Shown one piece after another: positions 37,528-61,130 of a stretch of DNA of 64,000 nt. Under the pieces are notes generated by a model. The model saw nothing but the letters and a program-made list of their open reading frames with translations, was not told where the DNA came from and did no database searches. Position numbers and translations under genes: made by a program. This DNA comes from Vicugna vicugna (taxonomy: Eukaryota). Within the stretch, counting starts at the first letter, position 1, and every line of letters starts with the position of its first letter. The stretch covers positions 310,001 through 374,000 of the forward strand of contig MU062951.1 of the NCBI GenBank assembly GCA_013265495.1. Reading direction: 5' to 3'.

Positions 37528-40500
37528 GCAGCCCGCGGTGCTGCCCACACCGCCGGTGGCAGCTTCGCAGTGCAGGCAACCACTGCAGCGACGAGTGAGA
37601 AGGAACAGAAGGGAACCTTGGGACGTCTGCATGCGTGTGTGAAGGTGTGAGCGCTCATGCCTCGCCCTCCGCCCCACCTCCCCTGTCCCGGGCACTGGAG
37701 GCTGGGCCACCGCAGAGGAGACACTGCTGGGGACCCGAGAGGCCCAGTGCGGCACAGCGGCCCTGCCTCAGACCCCATGTGCAGTGCAGTGGGCCACACA
37801 CCTGCTCTGGGCCACACACGGCTCCTGGGCCGGGCTCGGGGGCACTGACCTCAGACGGCATATTTGATTGCAATTAAAAAGGCACCCTTGTTTCCTACTT
37901 TCTGTTTTGTTCGAGGGAAAGGCGTGGCTGTAATCAGACAGCATGGGGGCTTTGGTTTGGCTGGGAGTCAGAGCCTATCCATCCCTGTTACTGCACCTTC
38001 CTGTCCCGCACCCTCAGGAGAGACTTGGAGACCCTGCCCCCTCTGATGGGCCTGGGCAGGGGAGCAGGCGGGGTCAGGGGTCTCAGCAACGCCAGCATAC
38101 CGCCAGGGAGGCAGGGCTCGGCCACCAGGGCTCAGCAGACTTTTCGGAATGCAGGGTGATTTTTCTGTCTCTTCCCAGGAAAAAAATTAAACTCTTTACA
38201 GGCTCTTTTATAAGTTATGCACATTTAGCAAGAGAGAATCTATCTTCTGTAGTCTCATGGGTGCAGTGTCCATAGGATGTGAGGCAAGTTCTGGGGTCTG
38301 CTGGCAGTGAGCAAGGCCTGGCTGAGCCAGGGTCTGAGTGGTCCAGCTGCCCCCGGGCTGCTCTCGGCAACCAGCTGCTGGTCCTGCGTCCAGGGCTCTG
38401 TGTGGAGGACAGCGCTCATCAGTAGTTTCTCACCTGAGGGAGGTGGGCTCCTAGGGCAGTCATGAGCAGGCCCAGTGGGGTCCTCACACAGGGAAGGAGC
38501 CCGGCCCTGGGAGCTACTAGGGAAGGGAGAGCTTGGGCCCTTGCTTAGGAGACCAGGCTCTCCTGTGAGAGCTTTTTGTACTGTGAGAGCAGTACCAAAG
38601 AACTGCTTCCTTCACTCCTGGCCAGGCCACCCCATGTTCAGAGCAGCCACCCCACCCCCATCACCTGGGGCCTGTAGACTCAATGGGCAGGGCGGCCCTG
38701 GCCTATCTCGTGGCTCCTCCCTCTCCAGGCCCTGGAGGTGGGAGCTTCAAAGTTGTGTGAGGGAGCTATGGGGAGTGGGAGCCTCACCTTGGTTACTCGG
38801 AGAAGCCTGTATGGCTTCCTGTTCCCCACCCAGGGCATAGGACTCGGGGGCTCCCCTCCCGCAAGGCCGACTCAGCCCAGCCACTGTGGGGACCAGGAAG
38901 TGCAGCGCTTGATTCCCTGCCCCTACGAAGAAAGAGCCCAGCCTTGGGGCGAAGCTCTCTGACTTGGGCACACCCTGGTCTTGTTCCCCTGCCCTCAGGC
39001 GGCCTGCCATCTGCAGGCACAGAGGATGACGTTCAGGTGAACACTGGCTGGGTCTCCTGTGGGGGCTGGCGCCCTGTCACACATCTCCATGTCTCTTGGG
39101 GATGGATGCCCTCTCTGTGGAGTTCCTGGATTCCAGAGCGACTGTATTCTGAGGGAAGCCGGGGCAGAGGTAGGCTTGCTAGTCTGCGCGCGTTTGAGCA
39201 AGCCTGAAAGAGATGGAGTCAGCAGAGGGGCTCCCAGCAGTGCTGGTGGGCTGGGCAGGTTAAGGTATGTGGCTGCAGAGAGGGCCAGGCAGGGGTAGGG
39301 AGGAACCTGGTCTGCAGGCCTCCTTGGCCCTGCCTCAGTCCTGGGCCAGCAGCCCTGAGTGCGGGGCGGGGGGGGCCTGGGGCTTGGTGCTGCAGCACCA
39401 GGGTCAGCCACAGGCTGGGGCCCCGCAGTCCAGTGCCTCCAGCTGCCCAAGAGCCTGTGTGAGAGGGGGCTGGTGCCCAGTTGAGGCCCTACCCGTAGGG
39501 GTGTAGGTGTGGGTCACGGGGCAGAGGGCGCCTGAGAAGACCGCTGATAAGCCTGGCAGAGCCCCCACCTGTGACAGCGACCTCAGCTGCTGAGCCTTGT
39601 GACCTGGTGGAACCAGGCGCCCTGGGCGCTGTAATATACCTTGGCCACTGCTGGGGGCTGGTGCCATAAACCTCCCTGTGGCATCTCACTGGGAGTCACT
39701 AGCTTACTGGGGAATGTCCCAATAAGGAGACACCAGTGGTCTGTCTCCAGGGCCCCATGCCATCTGGGCAGCCTGACCGAGGGGTTGGGGAGCAAGCATG
39801 GCAGATGTGAGGGAGGCCTGGGGGCACAGGTCAAGCCAGCCCCTTCCCCCTCTCCCCCTCACTTCCAGGTAAGCACTACATCTCTCTCAGTTCACCCAAA
39901 GTGAGACATTTACAAAAATAATAAAAATAACTTTTTAAAGAGTGGAGTGAAGAGGTGTTTTTACTGCTGTCATAACTGACTTAACACGTTGCTTTTGTGG
40001 TCTGTATTCTCTTTGGATATTTTCTTTTTGTTTGTAACTACAGTTTTAAGAAAGTTCCAAACCACTTCTTGTTTGTGTTTCCTTACAAGAAGACAGCCTC
40101 CCTTTGGATGGCTTCCCTGGGCTCTGACAGCCTCCGTACTCGGGGTCAGCTGCTGCCCCTGCGAGGCCCCACTCTGTGGCCTCCCTACCTGGGCTTCCAA
40201 ATCTCGCTCCCTGTCTGACCAGAGAGGAAACTGAGGCATGGAGAAGTTGGGTCCTCTCCGAAGGAGAATCAGGCCCCAGGACCTGGGCTGTCCTGTGAGT
40301 GCTGGTGCTGAAGGGGTGCCTGCTCAGTCCCCAGGGGCCCTGGTGGGGGGGGGGTGCCTCCACCTGCAGCCCATTCAGCTGAGACAGTCTCTGCTCCCCC
40401 ATCCCCACCCACCTCCACCCTCAGCCTCATTATGCCCCTCGCACCTCATCAGCCTGCCCACCAGGCCTTGGTTTCAGGGCCTCCCTGTCCTGCCCCTGGG

Positions 40501-41250
40501 TCCCCGGGACAGAAGAGCACCACACCCTTCAAGAGGCAAAGAGGAGCACCAGACACCTGCAGTCATCTTCGCACCTCCTGCAGCTCCTCAAGCTTGGCCT
40601 TCCTCCCCCACCCCCAACCCTTTCGGCCATACACTGGCCCTGGGCAGCCTTCCCCAGACCTGGGGATCACTGGCCCTCCCCGTTACTCCCTCCAGAACAG
40701 GCCTTGCTACACATCCACTGGATGAGAGTTTTACCCCATTGGGTCTGTTTCCATTTCCACAGAGAATAAAACTGCCCATCTCCCACTCCTTTTGAACCTC
40801 CTCTGGGGCCTCTGGGGCGTCGGCACTGACACCTGGGGCCCAGGGCCTGGCAACAGGGCAGGGGCAGGGCCCCAAAGCCCCGCAGGTGCTTGATTCTCTA
40901 GGTGCAGGGGCAGGACAGGCATTTAGAGGTCAGGGGCCTGGTGCACCACCTCCCCAGGGCTCTACACCTCTCCGAGCTCCTGGACTGAGAAGTCCGGGTC
41001 ACATCGCTGGGGGCCCAGAGCCCACTGTCTTCAAGCTCTCAGCACAAAGCAGTTCTGCAGTTCTAACGCGCGGACGCCGACTTTTCCAAGAACACAACAG
41101 CACTTGCTATGGTCATTTTGGAAGACGCAGCCCTTTTTCTCCTGACAGCCCTGGGGGCTGGAGTCCCCACGTGTGACGACCGTGGCCCGCTCCCTGCTGT
41201 TCCGCAGGTTCTGGGATGGAGGCGCCTGTGACTATGCCCACTAATCCAAA

Positions 41251-41283
41251 TGCGTGTGTGTGTGCGCGCGCGCGCGCGTGTGT
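41251..41283. repeat. Alternating purine-pyrimidine (TG)n(CG)7(TG)n tract
   Basis: tgcgtgtgtgtgtgcgcgcgcgcgcgcgtgtgt read directly. Confidence 0.9.
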
Positions 41284-41604
41284 CTGTGTGTGGCGGCGGC
41301 AGCTGCGGGGCCGCCCACGAGGGCTTGCATGGTTGAGGAGGGGTGCTGGGACCCCTAGGCCACCCCCGGACCCCGGGAGTCGCCCGCCCTCTCGAAGCCG
41401 TTTCCCGCCCCGGCATCAGCCCTACTACAACTCCCGGGATGCTTCGAGCGTCAGGACTACACTTCCCGGGATGCTCCGCGGCGCGCGGGCAGGACTGGGC
41501 CTGCGCTCGGGTCCTAGGGGCGGGGCCGCGGCGGCGGAGCGAAGGCGCGGGAAGTCCGGAATCCTGCGCGGGAAGTCCGGAATCCTGCGCGCGGCAGCCA
41601 GAAT

Positions 41605-53412
<11,808 letters not shown>

Positions 53413-53574
53413 CAGGCCAGCACCATGCCCGCCCTCCCTTGCCCACCCAAGCCCCTAATAAAGCAACTCTGCTGCTGCCTCCACCTCCCTCTGCAGCTGC
53501 TTGAAAGGCTGGTGGGAGGTGGAAGGCGGGGTTTGCTTTGCTGTTGGGAAGCTCAGAGCCCTCTGGGATTGAGG

Positions 53575-54060
53575 GTATCACTGCATATATACAGCAAGCC
53601 AAAATTCTGAGACGCCAGGTTTGAAGCAGAGAAAGGATTTGTTCACACAGCCACCAAGTAAGGAGGTGGGAGGATAGTTCTCAGTCCACTTCCCAGAAGA
53701 GTAAGGGCTTGGGATATTTGTGGGATAAACAAGCAAGGTGGTCTTAGGCAGGGGGAAAGGAGACTGGGAGGTAGGGGAGATGAGCATCAGTGTGCCTCAC
53801 AGGTGTACCTGAGTTACTTGCTTCTTCCTGGGACCCATGTTCAAAAGTGGCGGCGCTTGGCATGATCTGAGGGGGCAGTTCTGGGCCTTCTGATATCAAA
53901 AGGGTATCAGACACGTGCAGGCCCAGGGGGCGGTGGTCCCAGCCAGTCTTAACTGGCTTGTTCAAACTGGACACAGCCCACTCCAACTAACTGAAAAACA
54001 ACAGAGAGGAAATACCTTTATTAGGACACGCAAACACTAGTGACAAAGCGAGCGTGGTCA
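53575..54060. mobile_element. Old LTR fragment (MER21/MER77-like) between the TONSL poly(A) site and the VPS28 promoter
   Basis: gacgccaggtttgaagcagagaaaggatttgttcac...gcttgggatatttgtggg resembles recalled MER21-type LTR sequence; family not verified. Confidence 0.5.
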
Positions 54061-54249
54061 GTGAAGCAAGTTAAAGAAGAGCGAATTTTAACGACAAAGG
54101 CAAGCTTAGGAATTTCTGCTAGTCCCAGCTTCCGTTAACCCTATGGGGCCCAGGGTCAAGGGCAGATCTGGCCACACAGAGGCCCGACAGGTGAAGGCAA
54201 AGCCTTTCACTACCGCAGCCTCCAGTCCCTGTCAGGCGGGACTCGGGTT

Positions 54250-54900
54250 CCATCACCAGCGGGGCGGGGAACCAGCCCCGCGCGCAGGCGCCGACGCCGG
54301 CGCCAGGGCCCAGCGCCGAGGCGGAGGCGCGCGCAGGCGCAGACACTAGGGCCCAGCGCCGAGGCGGGGCGCGCGCAGGCGCAGGGCCCCCGCGCCATCT
54401 CCAGCACCTGCGAGGCGGTCCAGGTACTGCGGGCCCGGGGGCGGGAGAGGGCGGCTTGCCGGATGGGCGAGGGCTACGGGCCCAGGCCCGAGAGCATCGC
54501 CATGCCGCGGAGGGCAGTACTCGCGCCCGCGCTCCTCTTCTCTCCCCATCTTGGGGTCCCCTCTCCGGGCGCCCCCGGTCTCCTGGCTCTGGCTCTGCCC
54601 CGGTCCCAAAGCTGTCAGCCGTTTCACCGGGACCGGCGTCTCAGAGCGTGGCGCTCGTGGCGGCCGGGCCGCCGGTCGTCCAGCGGCTCCCGCGGCCCGC
54701 CTGCGCGCCCGCGCCCGGTCAGCCCGATCCCAGGGCGTCCCGCTCGCCTGGACGCGGTAGCCGTCCGAGTGGGAGGCCCCCACGCACTCGCTGTGGCCTT
54801 TCTCTGCAAGCTGGCTACTCCGGCTAAGGGGCCGGTTTGTGAGATTTAGACGAGGATTCGCTTGTAGCCGGGGACGGTCGTTTTCGTGGCTAAGTGGAAT
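54250..54900 (+). promoter_or_regulatory. CpG-island promoter of VPS28 with NRF1-like sites
   Basis: Repeated GCGCAGGCGC motifs in 54281-54384, GC boxes, and a donor CAG|GTACTG at 54423. Confidence 0.7.
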
Positions 54901-54949
54901 CCCGCTGTAGGCCTACAGACGGTTCTTTTATTCCTCTTCCTTCAGTCTG

Positions 54950-56090
54950 CTCTGTTCAACCTCCTCCTCTCTGATTTCCAGGAGGGTACCTGAATGATCT
55001 CCGTGTCCCCACCCCCGTGGACTCTTGTAATTGCACCCACCTTCTCAACCTCGCCACACACACCCGCTGCTTGCCTTGCTGCTTAACTTGAACAACGTTG
55101 CCCTTTCCCAGCCTTTATCTCGCCTCCCTGCTGCCCAGCCTCCACACGCTGGGGTGCCCAGGGCCCAGCCAGCGCTGCTCTCTCTCCTGCCTTCGTTCAC
55201 CGTTAGCCAGCCATCCCTACAGTGTTACTGGCTCAGCTCTGCCCGCCCAGGCCTCTCCCCTGACCTCCAGCTGCCTCCGCAGCCTTTTTGGATGTCTATG
55301 GAGTCTCTCAGACCCAACATATCCTAACCATGGTGCTTTCCTGCACACCGCCTGCCCTGGAAACCCTGTTTTGTCCACCTTCACCATCTCAATTCACTTT
55401 ACTGCCATGGTGCCACTGGTCCAAAAATAAGGGTGTCATTCTTGAGTCTTTTAAGTTTTATCCCATTTCACATCTTTCATTGGGTCTGGTGGTTCCACTT
55501 CCAAAGCATGGCTGGAACTGGCCCCAGCCACCACATCAATTTCCTGCCTGGGCACGGGCCTCCTGCGTCCACTCTGGTCAGCCCACCGCCCAACCAGAGC
55601 CCCCAAAACTTGTCTTCAGCCCTCTAGCAGTTCCTACTGGCTGCTCTAGGGTGAACCCAGACTCTTCGTCCTGGTCTGTGAGAGCTGTGCTCTTTGATCC
55701 CCTGCCTGTCTGTCCCATCTCCTGGGACGCCTCTCACTCAGGAAGCCCCCTACCCCACCCTGCTTCTGTGTCTCTAAGTGCATTCCTCTTGTTCTGTGTC
55801 CTTTTCCTCTGCCCAAATGCTCTTCCCCTAGTCATCTCTCTGATGGCTGCAGCCTCTTCCTCTTCCTCCTGGTCACCTGCTCTAGGGCAGCCCCCACCCT
55901 ACACCAGTACCCCCCCCCACGCCCCACCAATGTGCTACTCTCCTGAGGTGCTCACCTGCACCTGCTTCCTTCTGGCAGCCTTCAGGGCGGGGCTAGTGTT
56001 CCCACCACGGTGCACAGCACCTTGTGTGTTCATTGCTGTTTTTCATCTTGTTTCTGCCGAGGGTGCGAAGGCTCTTCATGAGGCCCAGTG
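54950..56090 (+). mobile_element. Degenerate L2 remnants in VPS28 intron 1
   Basis: C/T-rich L2-like phrases (gtgtcattcttga, ccacttccaaa, gaacccagactc, tgtgttcattgctg...tctgcc...gcccagtgctca). Confidence 0.45.
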
Positions 56091-56171
56091 CTCAGGGATG
56101 TTAGGGGTCACCTTTGAGTCAGCACTTGCTCTGCTCCCCAGGTCTCTGCTGTGGCCACCTGAGCCTGCAGG

Positions 56172-59027
56172 ATGTTTCACGGGATCCCAGCCACTCCTGG
56201 CATGGGAGGTGAGTGTGGCCCAAGCTGGGCCCAGGGACCCAAAGGGCCCAGGCTTTCAGCCTTTGCTGCAGAAGCTGAGGGGAGCAGCGGCAGGGGGAAT
56301 GTGGGCGGTCTGTTTAAGTGTCCGCCCCCATAAGGCCTCAGAGTGGCCAGGGGCCCAGAGACCTCCTCCAGGTGGGACCAGCTGGGCACAGAGATGACAG
56401 CTTTAGTGTGGCTGGAACTTCAGGGGGTCTTGGGTATCCTGGAGTCACCAAACCAGGGGAAAGATTATGAAGCATGTGACAAACATTTCTGGTCCGTCAC
56501 TGCATCATAAGCGAGGTATGTGTGGTCACTCAGCTGTAAAGTGGGGTAGCCAAGAAGCAGAGGTATAATGGAGGGCCAGGCCTGGCATGTGGCACACTGG
56601 ACCCAGAGGCATTTCCTCTGCTTAGGTACCCCCACAAACTGATGGGGGCACTGAGACTGAAATTCCTCTGGCTCCCCCTGAGCCCTTTGGGACATAGCAC
56701 TGGGGAAGCCTTGAGAGTGTTGCTGAAATGGGGCTGAGGCCAGGGGTCGCCATCATGAGCAGACTGCCAGCTGTCTGCCTGTTCTATTGCAGCCCCTGGA
56801 AACAAGCCGGAGCTATATGAGGTCAGTGGTGGACACCTGCCTGGCACCATTGGTCCCTTTGAGCCTCACCAGGTACTGTAGGCACCCTAGTGCTGCCGGT
56901 TGACCCTCTGCTCCATCTCCCCAATAGGAAGTGAAGCTGTACAAGAATGCCCGTGAGCGAGAGAAGTGAGTCCGGCACCCAGGCTGCCTGCTTCCCCCCA
57001 CAGCACCCTCCTCCCACTGAGGGTTAGGAGGACATAGGGTCAGCCTGGGCAAACAAACAGTTTTCAAGTAGCCTTTGCCAGGGGCGGGGTGAGAGGTGAC
57101 CAAACACCAAGCTCTGCTTCCATTTCTCCCACCCTGGGTGGGGCCAGTGCCCTGGATGGGGCCCTGGGCTTGGGACCCCGGCTTCCCTGCTTTGGCAGCC
57201 ACACCTAAAGGATGCACCCTCAGGTATGACAACATGGCCGAGCTGTTTGCCGTTGTGAAGACGATGCAGGCCCTGGAGAAAGCGTACATCAAGGACTGCG
57301 TCACCCCCAACGAGTGAGAGCCCGCCTTCCCTGCACCACCAGTGGGCACCTGTCCTTGAAAGCTTGTGTTTGTCCTCCAGGGGCTGGGTGCTCAATGCGG
57401 AGGAAGAGCAGGGGCCCAGCCTGAGGCCTGGGTCTGAGGCCCAGCCAGCACAAGGAGGGTCCCCCGGGTGCTAGGGCCTTGGCGCCATCTCAGCCAGAGA
57501 AGTCCTGGCAGCAGTACTAAAATGTTCTAGGGGAGAGGTGAGCCCACCACCCTGGTCCTGGGGTTCCGTCCCACCCCTCCTCCCCCAGGCCTCATCAGTG
57601 CACAGGCTTAGAAGGCAAGCAGGAGGGCTCAGAGGTCAGTCTGTGAGGTGCTGCTGGCCAGGCCTGGCCGCCAGGAGATCCCCGGGGCCTTGGTTCAGTG
57701 CAGCAGGCCCAGCCCAGAGGACCCCGAGCTGCTAATGTGGGGGTGTGGCCAGCACGGTCCAGGAGAGCAGGCTTGAGGGGGCAGGCTGAGCCTCTGCCGA
57801 GCGCGGGCTTGGGGCCAGTCTGCACAGGGCTGGTCCTGTGTGGCAGCCGTATTTTGGCCACTGTCTCCCTCCCCTCCCAGAGTTCTTTTCTTGTATAAAC
57901 CAGTGGGAAGGCTCAACTGTCAATGGCACACCTCTGGGCCTCCACCAGCCCTCCCTGGAAGAGCCAAGGGTAAGCAGGACGTGCCGGGTATAGCTGGCCC
58001 GGTGCTGAGGGCGGGAGTGTAACCCTCTCCCTAGGTACACGGCGGCCTGCTCCCGGCTCCTGGTCCAGTACAAAGCTGCCTTCCGGCAGGTTCAGGGCTC
58101 AGAGATCAGTTCCATTGATGAGTTCTGTCGCAAGTTCCGCGTGAGTTAGTGGCCCCTCCACCCTGAGGGGCGGTGGGAGGTGTGGGCGCTGGGTGGCTGG
58201 GCCTGGCTGCCCTGCAGGGCCCAGCACCGGGTGCTCTCCCTCAGCTGGACTGCCCACTTGCCATGGAGAGGATCAGGGAGGACCGGCCCATCACCATCAA
58301 GGACGACAAGGGCAACCTCAACCGCTGCATCGCCGACGTCGTCTCGGTGGGCCTCGCCAGGGCTGTGGCTCCCTGGGGTCCCTCCCTATACTGAACCACA
58401 GGGGGCGGGCCCAGAGCTCCCACGCCCCAGCAGGGCTGTGTGGCCTTGAGGCCTGGGGCCAAATGGTGCAGGAGGAGGCCCGAGGCTGAGGAGGGCCAGG
58501 GGCTGGGTGGGGCTGACCCTGGTGGCCCTGCAGAGGAACCAGGCTTGTGGCTGCAAGAGGTCTCCCTCTCTTGGCCCCTGGTGGGGTCTGTGTCACCTCA
58601 CACACGCTTGTCCCCAGCTCTTCATCACGGTGATGGACAAGCTGCGCCTGGAGATCCGCGCCATGGACGAGGTGCGGCTTCTGGGGGGTGAGGGGGGCCG
58701 GAGGAGGGAGAGGGGGTCCCAGCGGCACTGTCCCCACAGATCCAGCCTGACCTGCGGGAGCTGATGGAGACCATGCATCGCATGAGCCACCTGCCCCCTG
58801 ACTTTGAGGGCCGCCAGACGGTCAACCAGTGGTGAGTGTGTGTCTCCTGCCCAGCTGCCCTGCCCCAACCCGCGCGCCCCCTGCGTCCCCCAGCGCTGTG
58901 CTCCCGCAGGCTGCAGACCCTGAGCGGCATGTCCGCGTCCGACGAGCTGGACGACTCCCAGGTGCGCCAGATGCTCTTTGACCTGGAGTCAGCCTACAAC
59001 GCTTTCAACCGCTTCCTGCACGCCTGA
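56172..59027 (+). CDS. VPS28: ESCRT-I subunit VPS28, 9 coding exons, 221 aa
   Basis: Exons 56172-56208, 56793-56821, 56928-56965, 57224-57313, 58035-58140, 58245-58346, 58618-58671, 58740-58831 and 58910-59027 (666 nt). [10 protein letters not shown]...[13 protein letters not shown]. Probable non-coding exon 1 ends at the donor 54423/54424; AATAAA at 59151-59156. Confidence 0.97.
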
Positions 59028-60692
59028 GCCTGCGCCTCCCTGCGCCGAGAAGGTTCCGGCATCCCCCGGACGTCTGCAATGTCTCTCTGTCCACAGCAGC
59101 CCCGTCAAGTGTGTCTGTCCGTGGTCTCTAACCTGGAGCCCCGTCCCCACAATAAAGATGCTTTCTGACTTCCCTGCGGGTGTGGGCGGCTCTCCCCCAA
59201 GGTCCGCCTTGCGTGGCTGTCTGCCCTGGGGGCCCCGGGACCCTGCCGGCCTGGAGTGCGTAGGTTCTGCGCAGTAGTTTAGGGGCAGCAGCCTCCCTGG
59301 TGCGTGAGCCTCCCCCAGGCCAGGATGGCTTGAGTCTGTTGGCCACTCCTGCCTCCCCACACCCCACCTGAGAGCTTTGGCAGCCTATTGGAGGCCCGGC
59401 CAGCTGGGTGCAGAGGCTGCTGCACTGCCCAGGCTGGAAGGTATGGCCATAGCCCCACCTGCATCTCTGTGCCCTGGAGGACACGTAGGTCAGCTCACCT
59501 CACACCTTTTGCTGCGGGGCCCATCCTTGTTCGGTGGCTTACAGGAGCCCCAGCTGATAACTCGTGGTGGGGTGTTCTCCTGCCCTCCGCTGAGTGTGTC
59601 CCTCAGGCCCAGCTGGTAGACACCATGGGAGCCCCTGGGCTGGCCTTGCCCGAAGCCTGGTGGGGAAACAAACACCAGTTCCCAGGCACCTGCTACGAAG
59701 GCTGCTGCCGTCAGTGCTGAAAGCGGCCCTGCCCTGTGGTGTTCATGTTCTCGTCCTCGTTCTCATTCTCTGGGCGGACAGCAGCCAACCGTGAGACCAA
59801 GGCTCTGGGTTCCAAGATGGGTTGGTTCATGTTTTAGCAACCATGGTGTTGGGATAAGGCACATCCCAGAGTTTCATTGTAGCATTTTCGTTTTCTTAGT
59901 GGTGCGTCATGATGTCTGTGGCTTCTAGAGGCAGTGAAATAAAGCATATTATTTCAGATGGTGATAGAAGAGGTTGGAGGCTATCAGTGGGGTGGTCACG
60001 GACAGCCTCTCAACTTTGAGTAGAAGGATGAGGAGTGAGCCTGGTTCCCCAGGGAGGGTACCTGAGAGCCCTGGGTGCCAGCAAGGTACTCAGCAAAGGC
60101 CCCCATCTCACTTGTGTTTTACTAGGGAAAGACGGTACCCAGGCTGCAGGGAGAGGGCCCATCAGATTCCGGGCATGGACTGTGCTGGGCTGGATGCAGC
60201 GATAGTGAGCCTGGGCCTGAGCACCTGGGGGTCGGAAGAACTCACGTTGCAACATGGACCCCTGGGGAGCCAGAGCTCTGAGGTGATCACGGGGGCCTGT
60301 TGTGCACATAGCTGGACGTCAAAAGCTGGAGTTCCAGAGAGAAGGGTGAAGGCCGGGGTCTCCTATCCTGGGTGCCAGGAATTCTGCCCGAGGTACAGGA
60401 CTGGCACTTCTGTGTTTGGAGGCTGTGGAAAGAAACATGAACACAGGAGCTAAAGAGCCGGCGACCAGAGCCTGTGGAGCAGACTGGGGCCCCAGGCTTG
60501 GAGGGCAGGGGTCCAGGTGGACTGAGACTGCAGAAGCACTGCTAAGTCTGACCCATGAGGCTCTTGGTGACCTTCAGAAGGGCATGGGTGGACGAGTGAG
60601 GCTGCAGGGGAGGCCACCCGACGAGTGCCAGAGTGCCCCAATCTGCTGGCAGGGAGCTGAGGGGGCAGAGGGCCAGGGAGGGCTGTTTGGGT

Positions 60693-61130
60693 CTATTTTA
60701 ATTTTTTTATTGCAATGAAATATACAAAACATAAAATTTGCACGATAAACACATCTCAGCTCGGTGGCATTAAGTGCATTAAGCGCTCTGTGCACCTGTT
60801 GTCCCATCCACCTCCAGAGCCTTTTCATCCTTCCAAACCAAAATTGTCCCCACCGAACAACTCCTGCCCACCCCTCAGCCCCTGGTGCCCACCATCCTTT
60901 CCACCCTGGCTTTACAGAACCATAACAGCTTGTGCTTCTGTGTGACTGCTCTTTTCACTCGGCATCTTGCCCTCAAGGTTCATCTGTGTGACAGAATTTC
61001 CTTTTTTTTTTTGAGAGTATTCCATCATATGTGTGGGCTCTATTTTGTTTACCCACTGGTGGCACCTGGCTGCTTGCATCCTCTGGCTCTCGTGAACACG
61101 CTACTGTGAGCAGGGGTGTGTGTTTTAGAA
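60693..61130 (-). mobile_element. L1M 3' end, antisense
   Basis: T-run followed by cataaaatttgcac...ccatccacctccaga...cagcccctggt...ttcactcggcat...aaggttcatc...gtattccatcatatg. Confidence 0.75.

Noticed and set aside
58832-58909. 78-nt frame-preserving last intron of VPS28
   Set aside because: Retention gives TGG TGA immediately, so there is no in-frame insertion.
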